64,000 bases of DNA from Desulfobacterales bacterium (GCA_046483495.1 JAWODC010000067.1:1-64000), one strand, 5' to 3'. Positions 38,272-49,108 are shown, numbered from the stretch's first letter. Made by a program: numbers and translations. Notes: a model not told the origin generated them from the letters alone.

Positions 38272-39171
38272 ATGTTTAGTCGTAGACATCCCTATTTATT
38301 TTTTCTCCTGTGTGTCCTTTCATTGATCATGACGGGGATGGTGATCATTTCCCTCGTTATCGCCGCGGGCATCAGGCGCGCCGGAATGGCCGAATGGGTG
38401 GACGGCGGCGGACAGCGCGTCGGCATTATCGAAATCGAAGGGGTCATCACCGATGCGGGCGATATATTGGAGAACATCCAGCGCTTCAGAGATGATGATA
38501 CAATAAAAGCTATCGTGATGCGGATCGAATCCCCCGGGGGCGGTGTGGCGTCCTCCCAGGAAATTTATCGTGAAATCATAAAAACCGTGGAAAAAAAGAC
38601 GGTTGTCGCTTCATTGGGATCGGTGGCCGCATCCGGTGGATATTACGTGGCAGCCGGGGCCGATAAGATTATGGCCAATCCGGGAACGATCACGGGCAGC
38701 ATCGGCGTTATCATTGGTTATACGAATTTTGAGGCACTCCTGGATAAAATCGGATTGAGGCCGGTGGTGATCAAGAGCGGCAAGTACAAGGATATCGGTT
38801 CGCCGGTACGGGAAATGTCCGCCGAAGAAAAGGAAATCCTTCAACAATTCATCGACCAGGTACACCGGCAGTTCATCGATGCCGTCATCGAAGGGCGTGG
38901 ATTGGAGCGGACGGTTGTCGAGCCGTTGGCCGACGGCAGGATCATGACCGGTGAAACCGCCCGCAGGTTAGAGTTGATCGACCGACTTGGAAACTTCGAG
39001 GACGCCGTGGCGCTTGCGGGGGAACTCGCGGGCATCGAGGGCAGAATCACAAAAGTGTATCCTCCTGAAAAACGGCTTTCGTTCATGAAGTACCTTGCAG
39101 GTGAAAGTCTGAATCATTTGAAAGATAAAATGATCCATTCGGATTTTTCGGCGGGATATCTCATGAAATGA
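38272..39171 (+). CDS. sppA: Signal peptide peptidase SppA (short form)
   Basis: ESPGG, VAASGGYY, TGSIGV and KSGKYKD motifs. Confidence 0.95.
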   Translation: MFSRRHPYLFFLLCVLSLIMTGMVIISLVIAAGIRRAGMAEWVDGGGQRVGIIEIEGVITDAGDILENIQRFRDDDTIKAIVMRIESPGGGVASSQEIYREIIKTVEKKTVVASLGSVAASGGYYVAAGADKIMANPGTITGSIGVIIGYTNFEALLDKIGLRPVVIKSGKYKDIGSPVREMSAEEKEILQQFIDQVHRQFIDAVIEGRGLERTVVEPLADGRIMTGETARRLELIDRLGNFEDAVALAGELAGIEGRITKVYPPEKRLSFMKYLAGESLNHLKDKMIHSDFSAGYLMK

Positions 39172-39189
39172 CCCGCATTGAAGCCCGCC

Positions 39190-39798
39190 TTACTCGAATT
39201 CACTCACGTCACCCAACCCCTCTCGGATTACCACGGGCGTGTCCTGTATGAGTGAAATGACGCTTGAAGGACGGCCGGGAACGGGCCCCCCGTCAATGAC
39301 CACGTCGATCTGATTTGCAACATGATCATGCAGCAAAGAAGGTTCGTTCAATATATCACCATTGGGCAGCTTGGCAGAGGTGGATATGATGGGGTTTCCC
39401 AATGCGACTACAAGCTCGATGCAAATCCTGTGATCCGGAACCCGGATGCCGGCTGTTTTTCGTTTGGTCAGCATGATTTTCGGCACCAGTTTCGATCCTT
39501 CGAGAATGAATGTATACGGTCCCGGTAGAAGCCGCTTCATGGTTTTATACGCATAATTGCTGACTTTGGCATAATCGCTGATATTCTTGAGATCGGAACA
39601 TATAAAGCTGAAAGGCTTGTTTTTGTTCCTCTGGCGAAGGAGATACACTTTTTCGATCGCCTTTTTGTTCATGATGTCGCAGCCGAAGCCATAATTGGTA
39701 TCGGTGGGGTAGGCGATCAGACCGCCTTCTTTGAGTATTTCAACAACGCGCTCGATATGACGCTGCTGCGGGTTGACGGGATTGATTTTAAGAAGCAT
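39190..39798 (-). CDS. Sua5/YciO/YrdC-family protein (threonylcarbamoyl-AMP synthase-like)
   Basis: AYPTDTNYGFGC, LLPGPYTFIL, GIRVP and ISTSA motifs. Confidence 0.92.
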   Translation of the reverse strand: MLLKINPVNPQQRHIERVVEILKEGGLIAYPTDTNYGFGCDIMNKKAIEKVYLLRQRNKNKPFSFICSDLKNISDYAKVSNYAYKTMKRLLPGPYTFILEGSKLVPKIMLTKRKTAGIRVPDHRICIELVVALGNPIISTSAKLPNGDILNEPSLLHDHVANQIDVVIDGGPVPGRPSSVISLIQDTPVVIREGLGDVSEFE

Positions 39799-40103
39799 GG
39801 CCGTTTCTCGTTTTACATGAACTTTCGGCTTTCACATTGAAATGGCAGAGCGGTTCGGGCCATGAACTCCGAAAGACATAATGGTTGAATAAATAATAAA
39901 ATACTATACTTGGAAAAATCGCATGTTTTGGTTTCGATGTCAATAGCATCCGGCTGCCAAAATAATATTGTCAAAGATCCGACCTTTTGTTATCGAGTGT
40001 CTCACCGCCCCGTGAAAGGCGGTTTTGTTTTTCTTGAACGGGGGATGCAGCTTTTTTATAGGCTTTTGCCGACTCAATTCGTCACTGCCGGGCACTATGC
40101 CCA

Positions 40104-40132
40104 TTGTCATTTTAAGCCGGTTTGAGTATAAT
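40104..40132 (+). promoter_or_regulatory. Sigma70 promoter upstream of guaB
   Basis: TTGTCA-N17-TATAAT, ending 63 nt before the ATG. Confidence 0.65.
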
Positions 40133-40195
40133 CAATTATTTTAATTCGACCGGCTTCAATTGTGATATAAGACCCCTTTTTTCGGAGGAATATGA

Positions 40196-41659
40196 ATGAT
40201 TAATTTACCGCCCGAAGAAGCCTACTCATTTGATGATGTTTTATTGATTCCGAGTTATTCCGATGTATTGCCTAAAGATGTGGATACATCGACAAGCCTG
40301 ACAAGAAATTTGTCCTTAAGCATTCCCATCGTCAGTGCGGCAATGGATACCGTCACCGAATCGAGAACCGCCATTACCATGGCCCGTGAAGGGGGGATCG
40401 GCTTTATCCATCGCAACATGAACATCAAAAATCAGGTGATGGAGGTGGATAAGGTCAAAAAGTCCGAAAGCGGTATGATCGTGGACCCGGTGACGATTCA
40501 TCCCGAACAAAAAGTCCATGAGGTAATGGAATTAATGCAGAAATATCACATTTCAGGCGTGCCCGTGACCCAAGGCGAAAAGCTTGTGGGAATCGTGACG
40601 AACCGGGATTTGCGGTTCGAAACGGACATGGAAAAATCAGTGGCCGATGTCATGACAAAAGACAACCTGATCAAGGTCTCTGAAGGCATTTCCCTGGAAG
40701 AATCCAAGAAACTGCTTCACCGGCATCGCATCGAAAAGCTTCTCGTCGTAGACGGAAAAGATAAACTGATCGGCATGATCACCATCAAGGATATCGAAAA
40801 AATCAAAAAATTTCCCAGGGCATGCAAGGATGATCGCGGCAGGTTGCGTGTAGGCGGGGCTGTCGGCGTCGGTGAGGATATGGAAGAACGGACGGAACAG
40901 TTGCTGAATGCCGGTGCTGATGTCATTCTCATCGATACCTCTCATGGACATTCAAAAAACGTTATCGATGCAGTGAGGATTTTGAAGAAAAATTTTAAAA
41001 ACCTCGAGCTGATCGCCGGAAATGTAGGGACCGGCAAAGGGGCTGAAGACCTGATCAAGGCGGGCGTAGATGCCGTCAAAATAGGCATCGGTCCGGGATC
41101 CATCTGCACCACCCGTATCGTCGCCGGGGTGGGCGTTCCCCAGTTGACCGCAATCCTGAATTGCCGATCCGTATGCATCAAGTCCGATGTGCCGATGATC
41201 GCCGACGGGGGCATCAAGTTTTCCGGAGACCTTACCAAGGCGATCGGTGCCGGCGCGGATTCCGTGATGATCGGCGGGCTTTTCGCCGGAACCGATGAAA
41301 GCCCGGGAGAATCCATTTTTTACCAGGGCAGAAGCTACAAAGTTTATCGTGGAATGGGATCTCTGGAAGCCATGAAGCAGGGCAGCAAGGATCGCTACTA
41401 TCAAGTGGAAGTGGAAGAAGACAACAAGCTGGTTCCCGAGGGCATTGTGGGGCGTGTTCCCTACCGGGGCAGTCTTTCCGCAAATATTTTACAATTGATC
41501 GGAGGACTGAAAGCGGGTATGGGATACGTGGGATGCCGCACCCTGGCGGAGCTTCGGGAAAAAGCCAGGTTCATGAAAATAAGCGCTGCCGGTATGCGGG
41601 AAAGCCATGTACACGATGTGATTATCACCAAAGAAGCACCGAATTATCGACTGGATTAA
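40196..41659 (+). CDS. guaB: IMP dehydrogenase
   Basis: SAAMDTV, CBS pair, [15 protein letters not shown] and YRGMGS motifs. Confidence 0.99.
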   Translation: MINLPPEEAYSFDDVLLIPSYSDVLPKDVDTSTSLTRNLSLSIPIVSAAMDTVTESRTAITMAREGGIGFIHRNMNIKNQVMEVDKVKKSESGMIVDPVTIHPEQKVHEVMELMQKYHISGVPVTQGEKLVGIVTNRDLRFETDMEKSVADVMTKDNLIKVSEGISLEESKKLLHRHRIEKLLVVDGKDKLIGMITIKDIEKIKKFPRACKDDRGRLRVGGAVGVGEDMEERTEQLLNAGADVILIDTSHGHSKNVIDAVRILKKNFKNLELIAGNVGTGKGAEDLIKAGVDAVKIGIGPGSICTTRIVAGVGVPQLTAILNCRSVCIKSDVPMIADGGIKFSGDLTKAIGAGADSVMIGGLFAGTDESPGESIFYQGRSYKVYRGMGSLEAMKQGSKDRYYQVEVEEDNKLVPEGIVGRVPYRGSLSANILQLIGGLKAGMGYVGCRTLAELREKARFMKISAAGMRESHVHDVIITKEAPNYRLD

Positions 41660-41827
41660 ACACGCATCATTTCCGGAGCGCGTGTTTTTCGGCCAAAATA
41701 TATATATCATTCCTCGATTCGCAGGAGGTCCTGCGGCCAAGCACATACGCAGGCGTTCCAGGCACAGCCGGTTATCGAAACCGGAGTGCCGCATCCGACT
41801 AACCTAAAGCTTAAAAACAAGTGAATC

Positions 41828-44800
41828 ATGACCGACCGTAAGAGCGATACATCCAATCCGAAAGCCGGGTTTGTCCATCTTCATGTACACACACAATACA
41901 GCCTTCTGGACGGTGCCATCAGAATCGATGCATTGTTGAAGCGGGTCGCCGAATACAACATGGAGGCCGTGGCGATTACGGACCATGGCACCATGTTCGG
42001 TGCAATTGAATTCTATCAGAAGGCGATATCCGCGGGGATAAAGCCGGTCATCGGCTGTGAATGCTATGTGGCGCCCCGAACCATCGAAGACAAGACGGTG
42101 GACGACAACCGGGGGCTCACCCACCTCGTCCTTTTGGCGCAGAATATGGAGGGATACCGAAACCTGTGCAAGCTGGTCTCCATGGCCCAATTAAAAGGAT
42201 TCTATTATAAGCCCCGCATCGATAAGCAGATGCTGCAGGCCCACAGCAAGGGGCTTATCGGACTGTCCGCCTGCCTTCACGGTGAAATCGCCGTAAAGCT
42301 CAAGGAAGGAAAACAAAAAAAGGCGGATGAAGCGGCCCGATTTTTTCAGAAGGTGTTTGGCGAAGAAAACTTTTATCTCGAGGTCCAGGACAACGGCATG
42401 GATGTCCAGTACCGGGTAAATGAAGGGTTGAGTGACATGAGCCGCCGCCTCTCCATTCCAATGGTTGCGACAAATGATTGCCACTATTTGGACCAAAAGG
42501 ACGCCCGGGCCCATGATGTCCTGCTTTGTGTTCAAACCGGGAAAACCGTCAAGGATCAAGAGAGGTTCAGGTTCAGTACGGATCAGCTGTATTTCAAATC
42601 GGCGGATATCATGGAAAAGACCCTGGGGCGTTATACGGGGGCCATATCGAATAGCGTCGATATCGCCCGCCGCTGTGATATTGAATTCGATTTCAATGCC
42701 TATCACTTTCCCAGGTTCAACGTAAAAGGCGGCAAGTCCGTGGAAGACGTTTTCGAGGAAACGACGCAAAAGGGATTTTCAAAACGTTTCGAAAGACTGA
42801 TGGAAGCCGATGCGGGCCTCGACGAAAAAGTATACCAGGACAGGCTGGCCTACGAAATTTCCATGATAAAGGATATGGGCTTTCCAGGCTATTTTCTAAT
42901 CGTTGCGGATTTTATTCAGTGGGCCAAGGAAAACAATATCCCGGTAGGGCCGGGCCGGGGATCCGCCGCGGGCAGCATTGTCGCTTATTCGCTGGGCATC
43001 ACGGACCTCGACCCGATAAAAAACGGGCTTATTTTTGAACGGTTTTTAAACCCGGCCAGAAAAAGCATGCCCGATATCGATGTCGACTTCTGTATTAACG
43101 GCAGAGAGGATGTTTACAAATATGTCGTTGAAAAATACGGTGGCGGCGATTACGTGGCCCAGATCATCACGTTTGGAAAATTGAAGACGCGTGCTGTCAT
43201 TCGTGATGTGGGCAGAGCTTTGGATATTCCCCTTGCCGAGGTGGACAAGATCGCCAAAACCGTTCCGGATGTTTTGAACATCGGTTTGGACGACGCCCTG
43301 GCCCGTGAACCCAAGCTGCGGGAAATGGCGGAAGAAAACCCCCGTTACAGTGAACTGATCGATATATGCCGCGTTTTGGAGGGACTGCCCCGCCATGCTT
43401 CTACGCACGCCGCAGGCGTGGTGATTTCGGACAAGCCGCTCGTGGAATATCTTCCCCTTTATCGAGGAAAAAAGGGGGAGGTCGTTACCCAGTACGATAT
43501 GAAATGTGTCGAGAAAATCGGGTTGGTAAAGTTCGATTTTTTGGGTTTACGAAACCTGACGGTCATTGCGGAGACCCTCGCCCTGGTCGAGAAACAGAAG
43601 AAGCCTCTCCCCGATATGACCAATTTGGGTCTCACCGACAAAAAGACATATGCGCTGTTGGCATCCGGGGAGACGAACGGGGTTTTCCAGCTGGAAAGCT
43701 CAGGCATGAAAGATCTCCTGGTTCGAATGAAACCCGAGAGTTTTGAAGATATTACGGCACTGGTGGCTCTTTACAGGCCCGGCCCTCTCGAAAGCGGCAT
43801 GGTGGATGATTTCGTTGACCGAAAGCACGGCAGAAAACCCGTCACCTATCTGGTGCCCAATCTCGAGCCCGTCTTGAAGGAGACTTACGGCGTTATCGTC
43901 TACCAGGAACAGGTCATGAAAATCGCCGGTCGATTGGCCGACTATTCCATGTCTGAAGCCGATGATTTGCGAAAAGCCATGGGCAAAAAGATCCCTGAAA
44001 TTCTGGCTCAGCACAAGCAGCGGTTCATTCAGGGCGCCGTCAAAAACACGATCGAATCAACGAAAGCGGAAAACCTTTTTGACCTGATCGAAAAATTCGG
44101 GGGGTATGGCTTCAACAAATCGCACAGCGCCGCCTATGCCCTGATCGCCTATCAGACCGCTTATTTGAAGGCCCATTTTCCGGTGGAATTTCTGGCGGCA
44201 CTGTTGACCAGTGAAATGCATTCCATTGACGGGGTGGTCAAATACATCGCCGAGGCGAGGCGCCGGGAAATAACCGTTCTTCCGCCCGACATCAACAAGA
44301 GTGAAAAAACGTTTATCGCCAGGGGGGATGAAATCATCTTTGGGTTGGTGGCCGTTAAAAATGTGGGGGAGGGAGCGATCGAGGCCATTATCGAGGAAAG
44401 AACCGCCCGTGGTCCGTTCGGTTCTCTTTTTGAGTTTTGTGAGCGGGTGGACCTGAGGAAAATCAATAAACGGGTTATCGAAAGCCTGATAAAGTGTGGG
44501 GCATTTGATGCTACCGGTCATCACAGGTCTCAAATGGCCGCCGCCTTAGAGGACGCGCTGGATTACGGCCAACGGATTCAACGGGAAAAAAATGATCCCC
44601 AGATGGGGCTTTTTGATATGGGTGGGGCGCCTGTAACCCTCAATCCTCCCGAATGGCCGACACTGGATGAATGGGATGATCGTGATCTGCTCGCTTTCGA
44701 AAAGGATGCCTTGGGCTTTTACATGACCGGACACCCCCTGGATCGCTATGAGCCGCTCCTGGACAAATTCGCCACCGTGACCTCCATCTCGGTTCGGGAC

Positions 44801-45385
44801 GAGTCGGATCAGGCAGGCGCGCGCATCGGCGGAATCATTCGGGAAGTCAAGACAATCCAGACGAAAAAAGGCGATACCATGGCATTTGTTTCGCTGGAAG
44901 ACCGTCACGGCGCCATGGAAGTAACCGTTTTTACGTCTGTGTACATGGAATGCAGTCATCTGCTTGTCGAAGATGCCCCTGTTTTTGTTCAGGGCCGGAT
45001 TCAGAAGGATGAAAACAGCATCAAAATGCTCGCTGATGCCGTGATCTCGATGGATGAGGCGGAGGAAAAGTGGACGGCCGAGGTTTATGTCAACCTCGAT
45101 GTAAACCGAACGGACAAGGACACGCTGGTTCGGCTGCGGGACGTTTTGCAGGATCATCGCGGTGAGAGCAAAGCATTTATTTGCCTGAATGACTCCAATC
45201 AAACCCGTACAATCATCGCCCTGCCGGATGAATTAAAGCTCGCCGCCGGAAAAAAACTGGCTCGACAGATCAATGCGCTCGTAGGCTATGGCGCTTATGA
45301 AAGCCGGTGCGCCGGCGTTGCGGCATTTCAGCACCTGAATGGAAACGGTCGGAACTCAAAAAGGAAACGGTTCAGGCATGCATGA
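41828..45385 (+). CDS. dnaE: DNA polymerase III alpha subunit
   Basis: PHP motif HLHVHTQYSLLDG, GPGRGSAAGS, MPDIDVDF, STHAAG and GFNKSH. Confidence 0.99.
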   Translation: MTDRKSDTSNPKAGFVHLHVHTQYSLLDGAIRIDALLKRVAEYNMEAVAITDHGTMFGAIEFYQKAISAGIKPVIGCECYVAPRTIEDKTVDDNRGLTHLVLLAQNMEGYRNLCKLVSMAQLKGFYYKPRIDKQMLQAHSKGLIGLSACLHGEIAVKLKEGKQKKADEAARFFQKVFGEENFYLEVQDNGMDVQYRVNEGLSDMSRRLSIPMVATNDCHYLDQKDARAHDVLLCVQTGKTVKDQERFRFSTDQLYFKSADIMEKTLGRYTGAISNSVDIARRCDIEFDFNAYHFPRFNVKGGKSVEDVFEETTQKGFSKRFERLMEADAGLDEKVYQDRLAYEISMIKDMGFPGYFLIVADFIQWAKENNIPVGPGRGSAAGSIVAYSLGITDLDPIKNGLIFERFLNPARKSMPDIDVDFCINGREDVYKYVVEKYGGGDYVAQIITFGKLKTRAVIRDVGRALDIPLAEVDKIAKTVPDVLNIGLDDALAREPKLREMAEENPRYSELIDICRVLEGLPRHASTHAAGVVISDKPLVEYLPLYRGKKGEVVTQYDMKCVEKIGLVKFDFLGLRNLTVIAETLALVEKQKKPLPDMTNLGLTDKKTYALLASGETNGVFQLESSGMKDLLVRMKPESFEDITALVALYRPGPLESGMVDDFVDRKHGRKPVTYLVPNLEPVLKETYGVIVYQEQVMKIAGRLADYSMSEADDLRKAMGKKIPEILAQHKQRFIQGAVKNTIESTKAENLFDLIEKFGGYGFNKSHSAAYALIAYQTAYLKAHFPVEFLAALLTSEMHSIDGVVKYIAEARRREITVLPPDINKSEKTFIARGDEIIFGLVAVKNVGEGAIEAIIEERTARGPFGSLFEFCERVDLRKINKRVIESLIKCGAFDATGHHRSQMAAALEDALDYGQRIQREKNDPQMGLFDMGGAPVTLNPPEWPTLDEWDDRDLLAFEKDALGFYMTGHPLDRYEPLLDKFATVTSISVRDESDQAGARIGGIIREVKTIQTKKGDTMAFVSLEDRHGAMEVTVFTSVYMECSHLLVEDAPVFVQGRIQKDENSIKMLADAVISMDEAEEKWTAEVYVNLDVNRTDKDTLVRLRDVLQDHRGESKAFICLNDSNQTRTIIALPDELKLAAGKKLARQINALVGYGAYESRCAGVAAFQHLNGNGRNSKRKRFRHA

Positions 45386-46742
45386 TACGAAGCTGTTCAG
45401 TGTTCTTTTGGCGGGTGGTGCGGGAACCCGGCTGTGGCCGGTATCCCGTCAGCTGTATCCGAAGCAGTTGGCCCGATTTATCGGCAACGATTCCCTTATT
45501 CAAAGCACGATTCACCGGATGACCCCGTTTGTTTTGCCTGATAATATTCGAATCGTATGCGGGCTCGAGCATTTTTACGAAATCGGAAGGCATATGAAGG
45601 ACGCGGGCATACCGCCGGAAGGCAAAATTCTCTCGGAACCCTGCGGGAGGAATACGGCGCCGGCGATTCTGCTGGCCTTGTTCCATATTTCTCAACTGGA
45701 GCCCGATGCGGTGGTGTGCGTTTTTCCGGCGGATCACGTGATAAAAAACATCCAATTATTTCAAGAGAAGGTATTGTTCGCGGCGGACCTCGCAAGAGAA
45801 GGCCATATCGTTACCTTCGGAATTATGCCGCATTATCCGGAGACCGGTTACGGCTATATCGAAGGGGCGGAACCGATCTCCAATGGTGCGCTTCGTGTGA
45901 AGCGTTTCGTGGAAAAACCAAACAAATCGATGGCCGAAAATTATGTAGCATCCGGCAATTTTTTCTGGAACAGCGGCATGTTCGTTTTCAGCACTTCCGT
46001 AATGATCGCCGAATTCGAGCGCCATGGACCGGAATTGGTTTCGAAAATGGCGGATATGCTTGCCGGACAAGTAGTACCGGATCTGGAAGCCTATGAACAG
46101 ATGCCGAATATTTCTATCGATTACGCCGTGATGGAGAAGACGGACAAGGCGGTGGTGCTGCCGGTCGATTTCGGCTGGAGCGATATTGGATCATGGAAAT
46201 CCCTGTTCGATTTTATGCCGAAGGACGCCGACAACAATGTCATTGTAGGCGATGTGATGACCCATGATGCGCAGGGCTGCCTCATACTCGGCCGGGACCG
46301 TTTGATCGCCGTCAATCTGTTGAAAAATGCGGTGGTTGTGGACACCCCGGATTCCGTGTTCATTTCCGATATCGAAAACAGCCGGGATGTCAAATGCATT
46401 GTCGACCGCCTGAAGCTTGAAGGCAGAAAGGAATGTTACCAGCATCGAACGATGTATCATCCCTGGGGAACGGACACGCTTCTCGAGGATGCCGGGGTAT
46501 TCACGGTGGACCGGCTCACAATCTTTCCCCGGCAGTCGGTGACGTTTTCGCCCGGCACCGGCGCCATCCGGCATGTGATTGTGGCCGCGGGGGCGATTAT
46601 CGTTTCCGCCGGCGATGAAAGCAGGACCGTTGCCAAAGGGGAGACGTTCGTGTTCGGGATGGATGAGACAACCCTCTACAATCCGGATGATCAGCCTGCT
46701 GAAATCGTCAGGATAACGATTCAGTGCCCATCCGGACAATAA
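45378..46742 (+). CDS. manC: Mannose-1-phosphate guanylyltransferase with degenerate C-terminal cupin (isomerase-like) domain
   Basis: LAGGAGTRLWPVSR..PKQ, EPCGRNTAPA, PADH, ETGYGYI, FVEKP, WNSGMF and WSDIGSW motifs; overlaps the dnaE stop. Confidence 0.93.
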   Translation: MHDTKLFSVLLAGGAGTRLWPVSRQLYPKQLARFIGNDSLIQSTIHRMTPFVLPDNIRIVCGLEHFYEIGRHMKDAGIPPEGKILSEPCGRNTAPAILLALFHISQLEPDAVVCVFPADHVIKNIQLFQEKVLFAADLAREGHIVTFGIMPHYPETGYGYIEGAEPISNGALRVKRFVEKPNKSMAENYVASGNFFWNSGMFVFSTSVMIAEFERHGPELVSKMADMLAGQVVPDLEAYEQMPNISIDYAVMEKTDKAVVLPVDFGWSDIGSWKSLFDFMPKDADNNVIVGDVMTHDAQGCLILGRDRLIAVNLLKNAVVVDTPDSVFISDIENSRDVKCIVDRLKLEGRKECYQHRTMYHPWGTDTLLEDAGVFTVDRLTIFPRQSVTFSPGTGAIRHVIVAAGAIIVSAGDESRTVAKGETFVFGMDETTLYNPDDQPAEIVRITIQCPSGQ

Positions 46743-46834
46743 AGAGTCTCCTTTTAAGAGGTTAATTTACCCCACCAATATCCCTTGCATTTTTCTCATT
46801 TTCAGATATAAATAGCAACTACTCCTCACTTCTA

Positions 46835-46854
46835 AATGAGTATAATTACTCATT
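46835..46854. promoter_or_regulatory. Palindromic operator-like site overlapping TATAAT upstream of the minor pilin operon
   Basis: AATGAGTA-TAAT-TACTCATT, a perfect 8-bp inverted repeat. Confidence 0.45.
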
Positions 46855-46975
46855 GCAAAAATAACCGTACCATAATAAAAAACAAAACCATAACTAAGCG
46901 CGATGTGTGCTGAATTTCCTTGCGTTTAACTTACAGAGATTAAAGGGAATCAGCATGGACTGAATTGGGGGGGCC

Positions 46976-47404
46976 ATGAAGGCGACACATCCTAAGCACG
47001 GTTTTACAGTCATTGAAATGCTCGTGGCGATCGCGATTATCGGCATAATATCCGCAATCGCCATACCCAATCTACTTTCCTTCTTCCCGAAATCCAGGCT
47101 AAGTGGTGCAACCCGAGTACTTGCGGGCGATCTCATGGCGACCCGGATGGAGGCGGTCAAACGCAACCAGACGGCATATATGGCGTATATGGGAGCAGCT
47201 GAATACCAAATCGCCTATATGGGAACGCTTATCAAGGCCCGGGATTTAAGCAGCGAGTATCCGGATGTAACCTTTGCCGACTTTGATCGAGTGTCATTCA
47301 ATTCAAGAGGAGCGGCTCTCGGTACAAAAACGATCACCCTTTCGAACCCAAGCGGCAGCAAAACGATCGATGTGACCATAGCCGGCAGGGTAAAGATAAA
47401 TTAG
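46976..47404 (+). CDS. Type IV minor pilin FimU/FimT (GspH-like)
   Basis: Prepilin site G-FTVIEMLVAIAIIG; LMATRMEAVKRN and SFNSRG motifs. Confidence 0.88.
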   Translation: MKATHPKHGFTVIEMLVAIAIIGIISAIAIPNLLSFFPKSRLSGATRVLAGDLMATRMEAVKRNQTAYMAYMGAAEYQIAYMGTLIKARDLSSEYPDVTFADFDRVSFNSRGAALGTKTITLSNPSGSKTIDVTIAGRVKIN

Positions 47405-47415
47405 CGGACGAATCT

Positions 47416-47440
47416 TCCGGCGGAAGCCGGTTTTGTTTTT
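47416..47440 (+). terminator. Terminator-like hairpin after the fimU-like gene
   Basis: CCGGC-GGAA-GCCGG followed by TTTTGTTTTT. Confidence 0.55.
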
Positions 47441-47519
47441 CTGATCGTGAGGAATTTACTTTCGCACGCATCTACCCAGGCGGACGGGCACGGTGAATTT
47501 TAAAAAAAGAAGATCAGCC

Positions 47520-47891
47520 ATGAAAACACTGCAGAAAAACACGATGGGATTTACCTTGTTGGAGATATTGATTGCGATTCTCATTATAACAACCGGCCTG
47601 GTGGGGACGGCAGGGCTTTTGGTCTCGATCATCAAGACAAATGACCTCAGCAGTGAAATGACAAAGGCGACCGCATTGGCTCAATCCACCATGGAGCAGA
47701 TCCGCCAGGCGGGGTATATCGGCGCCCTGGAAGTCGGTGAATCCACAACCGATTCGCCCATGGAAGGATTCAACAGGACTGTCGCGGTTTCGTCTACCGG
47801 AACAAGCGGAGCCAAGGCGGTCAATGTGACGGTTACGTTCAGGTCGTTCGGTCAACACACAGTTCAACTCGATACGATTCTTGCAAGGTGA
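47520..47891 (+). CDS. Type IV minor pilin PilV-like
   Basis: G-FTLLEILIA and ATALAQSTMEQIR motifs. Confidence 0.85.
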   Translation: MKTLQKNTMGFTLLEILIAILIITTGLVGTAGLLVSIIKTNDLSSEMTKATALAQSTMEQIRQAGYIGALEVGESTTDSPMEGFNRTVAVSSTGTSGAKAVNVTVTFRSFGQHTVQLDTILAR

Positions 47892-47896
47892 GGAAA

Positions 47897-49066
47897 ATGG
47901 CCAATCGAAAAGAAAAAAAGCGTAAGGGGTTTACTCTTCTGGAACTGGTGCTGTCTGTGGCGCTCGGGCTGATTATCATCACGGCCCTTGTGAGCACCTT
48001 TACCATGCAGAGAAAGACTTACGATGCCCAGGAACAGGGCGCGGAAATGATTCAGACGGCGCGCGCGGCATTGGATATGATCGGCAGGGAGTTGATTATG
48101 GCCGGGTACAATCCCGATCCCGCCAGTACGCTCCAGAAGGAGGACGCCGCATTGTCGACATTCACGGGCGTCTCCTGCAGCGGAGGACAGCTGGATATCC
48201 GTGCCGATTTGGACGGGGACGGCGCCATATCGAACGCCGTCAACGACAACGAGTGGATTATTTACAAGCTCGACGGTGATGTCATCAAACGAAAAGTCGG
48301 CAACGGCTCGTTTGAAAATTTTGCTGAAAATATAACGGCATTTACATTCGAGTGCCAGGATGTTAACGGCAATTCAACGTCCAATACGGCCGATGTGAGA
48401 AGGGTGAATATCATTCTGTCCGCCCAGACGGAAAAACCCGGGATCGGGACGGGATACGGCACCGAAACCCTGGAATCCGTATTCAAAATCCGCAATATGG
48501 GGTTGGCCGCGCCGTCCTCCACTACGGGTTCGACCTCGACGACTGTGCCGACCACGACAACGACCTCGAGTTCCTCAACGACAACGACGTCATCCACATC
48601 GAGCACTTCGACGACCACGACCACAACGACATCGACAACAACGACTACTGCCGACTACTATATTCCACCGGATGATGAAATCGATGATATGGTTTTAGAA
48701 GGAGATGAATGCGATCCGCAGCGAATGGGCATCAATGTCGAGCAATGCACCAAGAACTACAATGATTCCGTATTAATCAGGGTATTTTTTCAGGACGATT
48801 ACGGTTTGCCGATGGATAGCATACCTGATGGGAGCTTGAAGTGGTTTATCAACGGCGTCGAGCAAATCAATCACAAGCTTACGGCGAGTTCCACGCAGCC
48901 CGGATGGTATGGAAGCACCGGTCTGTGCAATTGCGGTACCTTCCTGAATTCATACAGTTGCGCAGTATCGGATGGAAAGCATAAAGAATATACCATAACA
49001 GTGGAATATCACCTCGATAACGGATGTGTTTATACATATGAAACGGAAACGTTCGGCAGTAAATAA
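47897..49066 (+). CDS. Type IV minor pilin PilW-like, with Ser/Thr-rich linker and Cys-containing C-terminal domain
   Basis: G-FTLLELV, QTARAALDMIGRELIMAGY, FAENITAFTF and FKIRN motifs, followed by a 45-aa S/T tract and an extra domain. Confidence 0.87.
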   Translation: MANRKEKKRKGFTLLELVLSVALGLIIITALVSTFTMQRKTYDAQEQGAEMIQTARAALDMIGRELIMAGYNPDPASTLQKEDAALSTFTGVSCSGGQLDIRADLDGDGAISNAVNDNEWIIYKLDGDVIKRKVGNGSFENFAENITAFTFECQDVNGNSTSNTADVRRVNIILSAQTEKPGIGTGYGTETLESVFKIRNMGLAAPSSTTGSTSTTVPTTTTTSSSSTTTTSSTSSTSTTTTTTTSTTTTTADYYIPPDDEIDDMVLEGDECDPQRMGINVEQCTKNYNDSVLIRVFFQDDYGLPMDSIPDGSLKWFINGVEQINHKLTASSTQPGWYGSTGLCNCGTFLNSYSCAVSDGKHKEYTITVEYHLDNGCVYTYETETFGSK

Positions 49067-49108
49067 TAGTATATCAAAACGGCCGTACGATTACGAGGGA
49101 GAGGGAAA

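Noticed and set aside
41828..45385. Intein or intron in dnaE (also considered for recA)
   Set aside because: Both proteins are of ordinary length with contiguous motifs and no intein signatures.
46750..46975. c-di-GMP (GEMM) riboswitch or sigma54 promoter before the pilin genes
   Set aside because: No GEMM core (GGCAAA...GAAA...GACGCAAA) and no TGGCAC-N-TTGC element could be identified.
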